From Chryseobacterium gleum (GTDB lineage: Bacteria; Bacteroidota; Bacteroidia; Flavobacteriales_D; Crocinitomicaceae), in NCBI GenBank assembly GCA_945897805.1, contig CAMDFX010000014.1, positions 22,001 through 86,000 on the forward strand: a stretch of 64,000 nucleotides of DNA. The letters are read 5' to 3'. The notes under the pieces are model-generated. The model was not told the origin of the DNA and did no database searches. It worked only from the letters and a program-made list of their open reading frames with translations. Made by a program: the position numbers and the translations under genes. This document shows, in pieces, positions 51,153-61,263 of the stretch. How positions within the stretch are numbered: position 1 is the stretch's first letter; each line of letters begins with the position of its first letter.

Positions 51153-53741
51153 TTATTCCACATCGCTGTTTTCAATATCCGTGCCAGTTTCAGAATCTTC
51201 TGTTGCATCATCTTCTGAAAGTTCTGGATTTCCATCAATTAACTCTAATCCTTCAAGATCTTCGATTTCTTCTTCATCTTCAGTTCTTGGAACTCTTGCA
51301 ACTGCAGCAATAGCCGCTGCACCTTTTAAGTTAATCAATCGAACGCCTTGAGCTGCTCTTCCCATCACACGAATAACATCCATGTGCATACGAATCGTGA
51401 TTCCTGCTTTGGTGATAATCATCAAATCATCTTCATCGTTCACGCTCTTAATCGCCAATAAAGGACCAGTTTTTTCAGTGATATTCAAAGTTTTCACACC
51501 TTTTCCACCTCTGTTTGTAACTCTGTAAACTGGTTCGCCATCTTCAGGATCATTCAAGAATGAACGTTTTCCATAACCTTTTTCAGAAACAACTAAAACA
51601 GTTTCAGTTGCTTTGTCGATTACACAAACCATTCCAACTACTTCATCGCCTTCGATAGTCATGTTCACACCGCGCACACCTGAAGCATTTCTTCCCATCG
51701 GACGAACTTTTTCTTCATTGAATCGAATTGCTCTACCAGATTTAGTAGCCATTACGATTTCATTCGTTCCGTCAGTCAACTTAGCTTCCAATAGTTCATC
51801 GTTATCACGAATTGTAATCGCGTTGATTCCATTGATTCTTGGACGAGAATATGCTTCCAATGAAGTTTTCTTAATGATTCCTTCTTTGGTACACATGATG
51901 ATGAAATTGTTTTGAACGTATTCTTTGTCTGTCAAATCTTGTACTTTCACGTAAGCTTTCACTTTATCGTCTTGTTCAATATTCAAAAGATTTTGAATTG
52001 CTCGTCCTTTGGATAATTTATTTCCTTCAGGAATTTCATATACTCGCATCCAGAAACACCTACCTTTTTCAGTAAATATTAATAGATAATTATGATTTGT
52101 CGCATCAAATAAATGCTCCAAGAAATCTTTGTCACGGGTAGTGGAACCTTTTGAGCCCATTCCACCACGATTTTGAACTTTATATTCAGTTAGACTTGTG
52201 CGTTTAATATAACCAGCGTGAGAAATGGTAATAATTACTTCTTCATCAGGAATCAAATCTTCCATGCGCATTTCGCTAGCAGAATATTCGATTGTTGATC
52301 GACGCGCATCACCATATTTGTCTTTCACGTATTGCAATTCATCTTTAATGATTTGCATTCTTCTGTCTTCATTTGCCAAAATATCTTTCAAATCAGCAAT
52401 TAAAGCCATTAAATCAGCGTATTCCGCTCTTAATTTATCTTGTTCAAGTCCAGTTAATTGTCTCAAACGCATTTCAACTATCGCGCGAGATTGAATGTCA
52501 CTCAAAGCAAAACGAGCAATCAAATTGTCACGCGCTTCTTCTGGACTTTTAGATGCACGAATGATTTTAATTACTTCATCAATATTGTCAGATGCAATAA
52601 TCAAACCTTCTAGGATGTGTGCTCTTTCTTCCGCTTTTCTTAAATCAAATTTAGTTCTGCGGATAATTACTTCATGACGGAAATTGATGAAGTGCATGAT
52701 CATGTCACGCAAAGTCAACATTTCAGGTCTTCCATCAACTAATGCAATATTATTTACTGAAAATGAAGTCTGTAGAGATGTAAACTTAAACAATTTATTT
52801 AAGACAACATTTGAAATTGCATCGCGTTTTAATTCATAAACGATGCGCATTCCGTTTCTATCAGACTCATCTCTAATATCAGAAATTCCTTCGATTTTTT
52901 TGTCATTTACTAAATCAGCAGTTTTTTTGATTAACTCTGATTTATTGATTTGATATGGAATTTCAGTGACGATAATTTGCTCACGACCATTAGATTCTTC
53001 AATCTCAGTTTTAGCGCGCATCACAATTCTTCCTCGCCCGGTCAACAAAGCATCACGAACACCCTCGTATCCGTAAATAATTCCACCTGTGGGAAAATCT
53101 GGTGCTTTGACATATTGCAATAATTCTTCAGCTTCAATGTCTTTGTTATTCACAAATGCAATACATCCATCAATAACTTCAGACAAATTGTGAGGTGCCA
53201 TATTTGTAGCCATACCTACAGCTATCCCAGAAGCACCATTGATTAAAAGGTTAGGGATTTTTGTTGGCATCACCGTTGGCTCCTGTAAACTGTCGTCAAA
53301 ATTTGGCTTAAAATCAACTGTATCTTTCTCCAAGTCATCCAACATTTCTTCGGCAATTTTGCGCAAACGTGCTTCCGTATAACGCATTGCCGCAGGACTA
53401 TCTCCATCTACAGAACCGAAGTTTCCTTGACCATCAACTAAAGGGTACCGCAAAGACCAATGTTGTGCCATTCTGACCATTGTATCATAGACAGAAGAGT
53501 CACCATGTGGGTGATATTTACCCATTACTTCACCAACGATTCTCGCTGACTTTTTATGCGGTCTATTTGAATAAACCCCTAAATCTTGCATACCATATAA
53601 TACACGTCTGTGAACAGGTTTAAAGCCGTCACGCACATCAGGAAGTGCTCTTGAAACAATAACGGACATCGAATAATCGATGTACGCAGATTTCATTTCA
53701 TCTTCAATGTTAATTCGTATTATCTTTTCTCCATCTGCCAT
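51153..53741 (-). CDS. gyrA: DNA gyrase subunit A
   Basis: [12 protein letters not shown], the active-site region AAMRYTE, C-terminal beta-pinwheel repeats and an acidic tail ([11 protein letters not shown]...[10 protein letters not shown]). Confidence 0.96.
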   Translation of the reverse strand: MADGEKIIRINIEDEMKSAYIDYSMSVIVSRALPDVRDGFKPVHRRVLYGMQDLGVYSNRPHKKSARIVGEVMGKYHPHGDSSVYDTMVRMAQHWSLRYPLVDGQGNFGSVDGDSPAAMRYTEARLRKIAEEMLDDLEKDTVDFKPNFDDSLQEPTVMPTKIPNLLINGASGIAVGMATNMAPHNLSEVIDGCIAFVNNKDIEAEELLQYVKAPDFPTGGIIYGYEGVRDALLTGRGRIVMRAKTEIEESNGREQIIVTEIPYQINKSELIKKTADLVNDKKIEGISDIRDESDRNGMRIVYELKRDAISNVVLNKLFKFTSLQTSFSVNNIALVDGRPEMLTLRDMIMHFINFRHEVIIRRTKFDLRKAEERAHILEGLIIASDNIDEVIKIIRASKSPEEARDNLIARFALSDIQSRAIVEMRLRQLTGLEQDKLRAEYADLMALIADLKDILANEDRRMQIIKDELQYVKDKYGDARRSTIEYSASEMRMEDLIPDEEVIITISHAGYIKRTSLTEYKVQNRGGMGSKGSTTRDKDFLEHLFDATNHNYLLIFTEKGRCFWMRVYEIPEGNKLSKGRAIQNLLNIEQDDKVKAYVKVQDLTDKEYVQNNFIIMCTKEGIIKKTSLEAYSRPRINGINAITIRDNDELLEAKLTDGTNEIVMATKSGRAIRFNEEKVRPMGRNASGVRGVNMTIEGDEVVGMVCVIDKATETVLVVSEKGYGKRSFLNDPEDGEPVYRVTNRGGKGVKTLNITEKTGPLLAIKSVNDEDDLMIITKAGITIRMHMDVIRVMGRAAQGVRLINLKGAAAIAAVARVPRTEDEEEIEDLEGLELIDGNPELSEDDATEDSETGTDIENSDVE

Positions 53742-53835
53742 GTTGTCACATATTATTTATGCACATTAATTGTGCGTTAAAACAAGCACCGAAATTAGTT
53801 AATTAAAGCCTTGCCACAACAAGCAAAATCTTGAT

Positions 53836-53889
53836 TTTATAAACAAAAATCTGTGGAAAATCGCTCTTTTGGTAGAGTTATTAACAATT
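53836..53889 (+). repeat. Copy A of a roughly 54-bp direct repeat in the gyrA-clpC spacer
   Basis: TTTATAAACAAAAATCTGTGGAAAATCGCTCTTTTGGTAGAGTTATTAACAATT. It aligns with copy B, with an almost identical first 26 nt. Confidence 0.8.
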
Positions 53890-54251
53890 GAATTCTTGAA
53901 CTAAACATTTTGCGTTTTTAGATAAATATTAAAATTGATTGGATAATAGAGCAGTGACAACTTTTTGCTACGTTATTCTGCATGACGTTGTCCTTATAAA
54001 AACACTTTATTATCACGTTTTTATTTGATGAGCGTTAAGATTTTTTAAAATTAACCAAAGTTATAAAGGGCAGAATAAAAAAATGTCACAGCGTTAAAAA
54101 ATACAACCGACTTACGAATTCAAGATTTCAAACATATTTCGCCAAGCTTTAGACAAAATGTCATTTGAATTTATTTGCATGTATTTTGTGCACAAGAGGG
54201 AAGTATTTCCATGTTTTATGAGAAGTTCAAGAAAGTTCAATAATACATTCT

Positions 54252-54308
54252 TGTTTATAAACAAAAACGTGTGGAAAATTGGCTTTTTATTTGAGTTTTC
54301 AACAATTT
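54252..54308 (+). repeat. Copy B of the roughly 54-bp direct repeat, immediately upstream of the clpC -7 box
   Basis: TTTATAAACAAAAACGTGTGGAAAATTGGCTTTTTATTTGAGTTTTCAACAATT. Confidence 0.8.
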
Positions 54309-54316
54309 ATACAGTT

Positions 54317-54324
54317 TATATTTG
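54317..54324 (+). promoter_or_regulatory. Candidate -7 promoter element TATATTTG for clpC
   Basis: It matches TAnnTTTG 46 nt upstream of the clpC ATG. The -33 element is not clear. Confidence 0.4.
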
Positions 54325-54369
54325 TTATTCATTTAAAAGTGTTTATTTAGTCACTTAATAAGGTAATAA

Positions 54370-56898
54370 ATGGAATCAAAATTTTCACCAAGAGTCAAAG
54401 ATGTAATCACTTTCAGCAAGGAAGAGGCTTTGCGTCTGGGAAATGATTTCATTGGGGTTGAGCACCTTTTACTTGGGTTAATTAGGGAAGGTGAAGGAAA
54501 AGCCATTCAAATATTGAAAGAATTCAATCTAGATTTAAAAAGTATTAGGCTAGAGCTTGAGTCCGGTCTTACTAAATCTGTTAAATCCTTTTCTCAGCCA
54601 GTAGCCAATATTCCGTTGGTTAAACAAACTGAAAAGGTATTGAAATTTATGTACCTCGAAGCTAGAAATCTGAAAAGTTCTACGATTGGAACGCAACATC
54701 TACTTTTGTCTATTTTAAGAGATGAAAACAATGTTGCATGCAGTACATTAAACAAATATGGGGTAATTTACGATAACGCAAAAGATGAATTAGAAAACAT
54801 GCTAGAAGAAGAAGAAAACAAAACACCGAGAGCTGAGTTTCCGGGCTCATCTGATGATGAAGGGGAAAACTTTGGTGCGGCTCAAAGAAAATCTGCAGAT
54901 CCTAAATCCAAAACACCAGTTTTAGATAATTTTGGCCGTGATTTGACTAAAATGGCTGAATCTGGCAAACTAGATCCAATCGTAGGTCGTGAAAAAGAAA
55001 TTGAACGCGTAAGCCAGATTTTATCACGCCGTAAAAAAAATAATCCAATCTTAATCGGCGAACCAGGAGTGGGCAAGAGCGCAGTGGCTGAAGGTTTGGC
55101 CTTGAGGATTGTGCAACGCAAAGTTTCCAGAATTTTATTCGACAAACGCATTATTTCGCTTGATTTAGCTTCCTTGGTTGCTGGCACAAAATACCGCGGA
55201 CAATTTGAAGAAAGAATGAAAGCAGTGATGGCTGAGATTGAAAAAAATCCAGACATTATTTTGTTTATTGATGAAATTCATACAATCATTGGTGCTGGTG
55301 GCGCAAGTGGTTCATTAGATGCCTCTAACATGTTTAAGCCTGCTTTGGCCAGGGGAGAAATGCAAGCAATTGGTGCAACAACATTGGATGAATACAGACA
55401 ATACATTGAGAAAGATGGCGCTTTAGAAAGACGTTTTCAAAAGGTGCTGATAGAACCAACAACAGTTGATGAAACTGTGCAAATCCTGAACAATATCAAG
55501 GAAAAATACGAAGAGCATCACATGGTTACGTACACGCAAGAAGCAATTGACGCTTGTGTGAAGTTGACTGATAGATACATCAGCGACAGACATTTACCAG
55601 ATAAAGCGATTGATGCTTTGGATGAAGTTGGATCTCGCGTTCATATTACAAATATCAACGTACCTAAAGAAATAGTTTCATTGGAAGCTGAACTGGAAGC
55701 ATTGAAAGAGAAGAAAACGGAAGTCATCAAATCTCAACAATACGAAGAGGCTGCAAGATTGCGCGACGATGAGCGCAAATTGCAAGAACAATTGGAATTG
55801 GAGAAAAAGAAATGGGAAGATGAGAGCAAGGCGCATCGAGTGGTGGTTTCTGAAGATGATGTAGCTGAAGTTGTTTCCATGATGTGTGGCATTCCAGTAA
55901 CTAGAATCGCACAAAAAGAAAGTGGAAAATTGGTTTTAATGGGCGAGGAGCTCAAAGGAAAAGTAATCGGTCAAGAAGAAGCAGTTGATAAAGTTGTGAA
56001 AGCAATTCAAAGAAATCGCGCTGGATTGAAAGACCCGAATAAACCAATCGGTTCATTTTTCTTTCTAGGGCCAACAGGAGTTGGTAAAACACAATTAGCG
56101 AAAGTTTTAGCTAAATATTTATTCGATACAGAAGATTCGTTAATAAGAATCGACATGTCAGAATACATGGAGAAATTTTCCATTTCAAGATTGGTTGGAG
56201 CACCTCCAGGATACGTTGGTTATGAAGAAGGTGGACAATTGACTGAAAAAGTGAGAAGAAAACCATATTCAATCATTCTGTTAGACGAAATTGAGAAAGC
56301 GCATCCAGATGTATTTAATCTTTTACTTCAAGTACTAGATGACGGTCAACTGACTGACGGATTGGGGCGTAAGGTAGATTTCAAAAACACTATTTTGATT
56401 ATGACATCTAATATTGGTGCACGTCAATTAGCTGATTTTGGCACTGGAGTTGGATTTGGGACAAAATCTCAATCTGAGCAAAAAGATGAAAACAGCAAAG
56501 TATTGATTCAAAATGCATTACGTAAAGCATTTGCACCAGAATTTTTGAATCGTATGGATGATATGATTATGTTTAAATCTTTAGACAGAGCAAGTATTCA
56601 TTTGATTATTGATTTAGAATTGAATAAGTTATTCCAAAGAATTAATGATTTAGGTTATCAAATTAAATTAACTGATAAAGCGAAAGATTTCATCGTGGAC
56701 AAAGGTTATGATGAAAAATTTGGTGCTAGACCATTGAAACGTGCAATTCAAAAATACATTGAGGATCCGTTGGCTGAAGAAATCATCAAAGCTAATTTAC
56801 AAGAAGGAGATACAATTTCTTTGGATTATGAGGATGCTGCAACAGAATTGAAAACTGCAATTGAAAAAGGAGCGAAGTCTAAGAAGAAGAAAGAATAG
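54370..56898 (+). CDS. clpC: ATP-dependent Clp protease ATP-binding subunit ClpC (Clp/Hsp100 class I)
   Basis: Clp_N repeats, two AAA+ modules ([27 protein letters not shown]) and a short UVR-like linker ([17 protein letters not shown]). Confidence 0.92.
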   Translation: MESKFSPRVKDVITFSKEEALRLGNDFIGVEHLLLGLIREGEGKAIQILKEFNLDLKSIRLELESGLTKSVKSFSQPVANIPLVKQTEKVLKFMYLEARNLKSSTIGTQHLLLSILRDENNVACSTLNKYGVIYDNAKDELENMLEEEENKTPRAEFPGSSDDEGENFGAAQRKSADPKSKTPVLDNFGRDLTKMAESGKLDPIVGREKEIERVSQILSRRKKNNPILIGEPGVGKSAVAEGLALRIVQRKVSRILFDKRIISLDLASLVAGTKYRGQFEERMKAVMAEIEKNPDIILFIDEIHTIIGAGGASGSLDASNMFKPALARGEMQAIGATTLDEYRQYIEKDGALERRFQKVLIEPTTVDETVQILNNIKEKYEEHHMVTYTQEAIDACVKLTDRYISDRHLPDKAIDALDEVGSRVHITNINVPKEIVSLEAELEALKEKKTEVIKSQQYEEAARLRDDERKLQEQLELEKKKWEDESKAHRVVVSEDDVAEVVSMMCGIPVTRIAQKESGKLVLMGEELKGKVIGQEEAVDKVVKAIQRNRAGLKDPNKPIGSFFFLGPTGVGKTQLAKVLAKYLFDTEDSLIRIDMSEYMEKFSISRLVGAPPGYVGYEEGGQLTEKVRRKPYSIILLDEIEKAHPDVFNLLLQVLDDGQLTDGLGRKVDFKNTILIMTSNIGARQLADFGTGVGFGTKSQSEQKDENSKVLIQNALRKAFAPEFLNRMDDMIMFKSLDRASIHLIIDLELNKLFQRINDLGYQIKLTDKAKDFIVDKGYDEKFGARPLKRAIQKYIEDPLAEEIIKANLQEGDTISLDYEDAATELKTAIEKGAKSKKKKE

Positions 56899-56916
56899 AA
56901 TAAGATAGATAGTTGT

Positions 56917-56946
56917 AGAAAGGAGTCTTCGGATTCCTTTCTTTTT
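56917..56946 (+). terminator. Rho-independent terminator of clpC
   Basis: AGAAAGGAGTC-ttcg-GATTCCTTTCT followed by TTTT. Confidence 0.8.
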
Positions 56947-57206
56947 GCTCTTTAATCCTATTTAACATAATATTAATTATAAGACAGAAAGTTATCTTAA
57001 AAAGAATCAACTGCTAATGCATTGTTGTTATCTTAAAATAGAACTTCAAAGGCAAAAGAAAACCAATTATAATGCTCAGTAAGTAATTAGAGGTTTTGAA
57101 ATAATAAGATTCAGTTGACAAAATGACTAAAACATAAGTGTTAATCCTTGGGTTCTGTTTGTTTAGATAAGTTAACCAAAACAATATATGATTGTTTTAT
57201 AGTTCC

Positions 57207-57250
57207 AAAAAAAAATGAATGTGAATGAGTTAATACAAACTCATTCACAT
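57207..57250 (-). terminator. Rho-independent terminator of the repeat-protein gene
   Basis: On the minus strand ATGTGAATGAGT-ttgtatta-ACTCATTCACAT (12-bp perfect stem) is followed by a run of T. Confidence 0.8.
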
Positions 57251-57258
57251 GTCATTAG

Positions 57259-58818
57259 TTATTTTTTAATCAACTTTGAAGAATACGTTTTGTTTTCATT
57301 AACAAGAGTAACAAAATACAAACCTGATTCAAAATTTTCAATGTTAATATTAATGTGAGATGCATTAGAGCCTTTCGTTTCAAAAACAACAAGTCCTAAA
57401 TTATTTATCACTTTTAAATCGAATTCACCAAAAGAACCGTCTAAATCAACGCTAAGTTGACCATTAGTTGGGTTTGGATATATCTTTAATAAATTAGACT
57501 CGAAAATAACTTCTTGAATGTCTGCAGTACTTGTGTATACCTTCCAATATGGATTGCCACTCACCCAGACAGAACCAGAGTTTTGATCTTGTGCATCTAC
57601 TAAATCAGGATTTCCATCGCCGTTAATGTCAACCAAACTGTAATTGGCACCACTCACTTGGTCTAAATTTGACCCTGAACTTTCCATTATAGGAATTGTC
57701 CAGTTTTGTGCAGTTGTGTTAAAGGATGAACCGCCGTTTAAGTATACTTTCCAATACGGATTACCACTTACCCATACAGAACCAGAGTTTTGATCTTGCG
57801 CGTCTACCAAATCAGGTTTTCCATCACCATTGATGTCCACCAAACTATAATTGGCACCACTCACCTGGTCTAAATTTGACCCTGAGCTTTCCATTATAGG
57901 AATTGTCCAGTTTTGCGCTGATGTGCTGAAGGCTGCACCACTATTTAGATATACTTTCCAATATGGATTTCCACTCACCCAAACAGAGCCAGAGTTTTGA
58001 TCTTGCGCGTCTACCAAATCTGGTTTTCCGTCACCATCGATATCCACCAAACTGTAGTTTGCACCACTCACCTGGTCTAAATTTGACCCTGAGCTTTCCA
58101 TTATAGGAATTGTCCAGTTTTGCGCTGATGTGCTGAAGGCTGTACCACTATTTAGATATACTTTCCAATATGGATTACCACTCACCCACACTGATCCTGA
58201 GTTTTGGTCTTGTGCATCTACTAAATCAGGAATGCCGTCGCCATTGATGTCCACCAAACTGTAATTAGCACCACTCACCTGGTCTAAATTTGACGCTGAA
58301 CTTTCCATTGCAGGAATTGTCCAGTTTTGTGCTGTTGTACTGAATGATGAACCATTGTTCAGATATACTTTCCAATATGGATTACCACTCACCCAAACAG
58401 AACCAGAGTTTTGATCTTGTGCATCTACCAAATCAGGTTTTCCATCACCATTGATGTCCACCAAACTATAATTGGCACCACTCACCTGGTCTAAATTTGA
58501 ACCTGAATTTTCCATTGCTGGAATTGTCCAGTTTTGCGCTGATGTACTAAAGGCTGTTCCACTATTTAGATATACTTTCCAGTATGGATTGCCACTTACC
58601 CAAACTGAACCTGAGTTTTGATCTTGTGCATCTACCAAATCAGGAAAACCATCACCATTGATGTCTACCAAACTGTAATTAGCACCACTCACCTGGTCTA
58701 AATTTGACGCTGAACTTTCCATTGCTGGAATTGTCCAGTTTTGCGCCGTAGTCGGGAATTGAGCACTTGCTTTGATGCTGATTAGCAAAACACTTGTAAA
58801 TACTATTAATTGCTTCAT
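57259..58818 (-). CDS. T9SS cargo protein built of six near-identical 69-aa FG-GAP/VCBS-like repeats
   Basis: A signal peptide, then 6 x (AQNWTIP.ME.S.SNLDQVSGANYSLVDINGDG.PDLVDAQDQNSGSVWVSGNPYWKVYLN.G..FS), then the C-terminal sorting domain IYPNPTNGQLSV...GLYFVTL...SSKLIKK. Confidence 0.8.
   Translation of the reverse strand: MKQLIVFTSVLLISIKASAQFPTTAQNWTIPAMESSASNLDQVSGANYSLVDINGDGFPDLVDAQDQNSGSVWVSGNPYWKVYLNSGTAFSTSAQNWTIPAMENSGSNLDQVSGANYSLVDINGDGKPDLVDAQDQNSGSVWVSGNPYWKVYLNNGSSFSTTAQNWTIPAMESSASNLDQVSGANYSLVDINGDGIPDLVDAQDQNSGSVWVSGNPYWKVYLNSGTAFSTSAQNWTIPIMESSGSNLDQVSGANYSLVDIDGDGKPDLVDAQDQNSGSVWVSGNPYWKVYLNSGAAFSTSAQNWTIPIMESSGSNLDQVSGANYSLVDINGDGKPDLVDAQDQNSGSVWVSGNPYWKVYLNGGSSFNTTAQNWTIPIMESSGSNLDQVSGANYSLVDINGDGNPDLVDAQDQNSGSVWVSGNPYWKVYTSTADIQEVIFESNLLKIYPNPTNGQLSVDLDGSFGEFDLKVINNLGLVVFETKGSNASHININIENFESGLYFVTLVNENKTYSSKLIKK
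57535..58746 (-). repeat. Coding tandem repeat, six copies of a 207-bp unit
   Basis: The period comes from the protein repeat (69 aa). The DNA copies are clearly alignable by eye. Confidence 0.9.
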
Positions 58819-58848
58819 TTTGTAGTAATTTATTTGGATTAAAGAATT

Positions 58849-59733
58849 TTAGTTTTTCACAAACGTTTTTCTTGAAACAAAACCATTTACAGTTTTAACC
58901 TCATAAATGTAAGTACCACTATTCAAATCAGAAACATTAATTTCTTGTGATGTACCATTGATTACTTGAGTTTTAACTACTTTTCCATCCAAAGAAATAA
59001 TAGCAATATTTTCAATCTCCAAGTTAGAATTAACAGTCAATGTTTCATTTGTTGGATTTGGAAAAACATTAAAATTCAAAGCTACTTCTTCTTCAAGAGA
59101 AACATTATTAACATTGAGCACAAAATTATCAACTTTCAAAGTTGAGCCAGCAGTGTAAGTGCCAGTTGCTGTTTGCCTGAATGAAGATTGGCACCAAATT
59201 TCGACTTTAACAATTGACCCTGGGTTTTGAGAAACAAATTGTAAAGTTTTTGACGTCCATCCAGTTGTTGCTTCTGCAGGAGTTATTATATCATTTGCAA
59301 ATGCTATAGTTTGCCCTCCAAAATTGTATAGAACTACTTGAATTATTGCAGTATCACCTGCTAATGGTCTTGCATCATAAGAATATGAAACTGAAGACAA
59401 ATCTGGACCTGAATAATTCCATTCACCCATTAATTTCCCAGGAATTACTGATAATCCAAAATTTATAACAGCTGGGTCAGTGGCATTTTTCGACTCTAGC
59501 AAAGCAGCTGAACCTCCAGATACTCCAGCAATTGCTGTGGTAGTATATGCCTCTCCATAAAATCCAAATAAGTAATTATTTGTGCCAGGTTCGCTTCCTT
59601 GACCGTAATTGAACATCCAATTTGTGGGATCGGAAGTACTAGCATCCCAAGAATCTAAATTACCATTTTGAATTTGTGCAAACATTGTGAACGTAAAGTT
59701 CATCAATGCTAAAGAAAGTAGTGTTTTTTTCAT
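58849..59733 (-). CDS. T9SS cargo protein, N-terminal domain of unknown function
   Basis: Signal peptide from the third in-frame ATG (MKKTLLSLALMNFTFTMFAQ). C-terminal sorting domain VFPNPTNETLTV...GTYIYEV...RKTFVKN. It lies 30 nt upstream of the repeat-protein gene. Confidence 0.7.
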   Translation of the reverse strand: MKKTLLSLALMNFTFTMFAQIQNGNLDSWDASTSDPTNWMFNYGQGSEPGTNNYLFGFYGEAYTTTAIAGVSGGSAALLESKNATDPAVINFGLSVIPGKLMGEWNYSGPDLSSVSYSYDARPLAGDTAIIQVVLYNFGGQTIAFANDIITPAEATTGWTSKTLQFVSQNPGSIVKVEIWCQSSFRQTATGTYTAGSTLKVDNFVLNVNNVSLEEEVALNFNVFPNPTNETLTVNSNLEIENIAIISLDGKVVKTQVINGTSQEINVSDLNSGTYIYEVKTVNGFVSRKTFVKN

Positions 59734-60091
59734 AAAATTGTTCATTAAAAAATTGTTCATTAATAATTGCTCATTTTTTTTAGCAATAGAAGTAAAATAA
59801 AGATATTTTATCATCTCCTAAAAAAACAGTTACAAATATAGTTATAATTCATCCCAATGTATGCTTACTCCGATATTTTGTAATGAAAACAACTTTAATG
59901 GTTTTGTTATCAAGTTTTTTAATCTTCAAACATCTATTATTTATTACTAAAACTCTTTTTCTTTTCAATCGAGTTTAGAACATTCCGTGTAATGCTCTGG
60001 TATAATCTTCAATAAAAGAATTGCTTTGTAAGTGTTTGTATTTTAGTCTATAGAAGTCTCCCCTATTCAAGATGGAAATTCGTCTCATAAA

Positions 60092-60883
60092 CTACTTCAC
60101 TTTCTTATCAATCAGCAACAAATAATATTGTCTTTTTTCAGGTGCTGCTTGCACAAAAATGTCCCAAACTAAATGAATTGAATTTGATTTACTTTTCTTT
60201 TTGGATTCAACTTCAGCACTGTAAACTGTTGATGCAGGTGTAAACATTTGTGCTTCAACATAATTTCCAAATTTTAGTGTGTCGCCCGGATTGATGGTTT
60301 GTTTTGAAACAAAATCAATTCCATTTGTTGGTGTTTTCTTTGAAATGACGGTTTGCGATTTGCGCGTAAGATTAACAACATAAATTTCTGAAACATAAAT
60401 AATGGCGCATTCAGCTACTTTAGGTTTTTCTTCTTTTTTGGGTGCAATGTAAGGTTGATCTTGCCTAAATGTTGGGATTGTGACTGTTCTTCCGTGTCCA
60501 TCATCACTTAAATCGATTACGCTGGTAACCGTTCCTTGTTCGTCGAAATAATGAGTTACATCACCATGTTGAATTCCGCCATCAGGTTGGTCAGTGGCGT
60601 GCGCTTTTCTAATAGCTCCACCTGGATAATATTCTACTTGTACCGATGCGTGACCTCCAACATTTCTTGTGTAGGTGGTGTAAATTTCTGTACCATCGAT
60701 TTTGTAGGCTTTAAAATAGCCAAAATGAATCTTATCATTGTTTACTAATCGTTTGGTGGAAATTTTCCCGTTTTTGAAATACTTAAATTCAAAGGTACTG
60801 TCAGATTTTATTTTCTGATTTAAGCCAAAGAAAGGAATCAATATAAAAAGTAAAAAACAGCGCATAATTTTATTTTTTTTCAC
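60092..60883 (-). CDS. Secreted hypothetical protein
   Basis: Signal peptide MRCFLLFILIPFFGL. There is no diagnostic motif, and any MORN/YwqK-like resemblance in the N-terminal third is weak. Confidence 0.45.
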   Translation of the reverse strand: MKKNKIMRCFLLFILIPFFGLNQKIKSDSTFEFKYFKNGKISTKRLVNNDKIHFGYFKAYKIDGTEIYTTYTRNVGGHASVQVEYYPGGAIRKAHATDQPDGGIQHGDVTHYFDEQGTVTSVIDLSDDGHGRTVTIPTFRQDQPYIAPKKEEKPKVAECAIIYVSEIYVVNLTRKSQTVISKKTPTNGIDFVSKQTINPGDTLKFGNYVEAQMFTPASTVYSAEVESKKKSKSNSIHLVWDIFVQAAPEKRQYYLLLIDKKVK

Positions 60884-61263
60884 ATTTTATCAATAAGCGT
60901 GCTAAAAAAATATTTTGTTCCTTTTGCTTGATCAAAACGAACCCAAAAATCAAGGCTGAGTCATCAAGTTAAAGCGCAAATTGTTGCACGAAATCAAATT
61001 CATGTCATATGCGCTTTATTTTAAAAGCTTCTGAAAATCTGATTTTGTCGGTGATCTAATCCGCTAGCGCTACTTAGCTTCCTCCAAAAGTCTATATTTT
61101 CAGTGCACCTTTAAAAACCTTTCTTCCAAGGCCATTTGCTAAAACTATTAATTGAAGCGTCGCCGAATTTAAATCATCTTAAACAATTTGATTTATTGTT
61201 ATTATAAGATTTTTATCAGACAATAGTGATTCTAACTAGTGATTTTTATCAAGGAAGCCAATT

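Noticed and set aside
50914-51351. 145-aa Ser-rich ORF spanning the TPR-gene start and the gyrA end on the opposite strand
   Set aside because: It is the antisense reading of the acidic (Glu/Asp-rich) GyrA tail and the TPR signal peptide, a compositional artefact.
54158-54358. 66-aa ORF in the gyrA-clpC spacer
   Set aside because: It has low-complexity AT-driven codon content and no ribosome-binding or promoter context. It runs through repeat copy B and the clpC promoter, so it is most likely spurious.
53742-54369. Firm call of the gyrA-clpC spacer as oriC
   Set aside because: DnaA-box-like motifs are present, but two of the three best ones belong to a duplicated module. There is no adjacent dnaA or dnaN and no clear gene-strand switch, and skew cannot be computed here. 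I kept it only as a low-confidence hypothesis inside the finding.
56991-57038. 12-bp direct repeat GTTATCTTAAAA x2 spaced 36 bp in the clpC downstream spacer
   Set aside because: The repeat is short and AT-rich and could easily arise by chance in this composition. It has no associated structure or ORF.
60884-61263. Possible pseudogene remnant or sRNA in the 380-bp spacer downstream of the dnaE-family gene
   Set aside because: One reverse frame reads like protein for about 28 codons (..LIVLANGLGRKVFKGALKI). There is also an 8-bp inverted repeat, AAAGCGCA...TGCGCTTT. However, only very short open frames interrupted by stops are present, with no promoter or terminator pair and nothing I can assign to a family, so there is too little evidence to call a feature.
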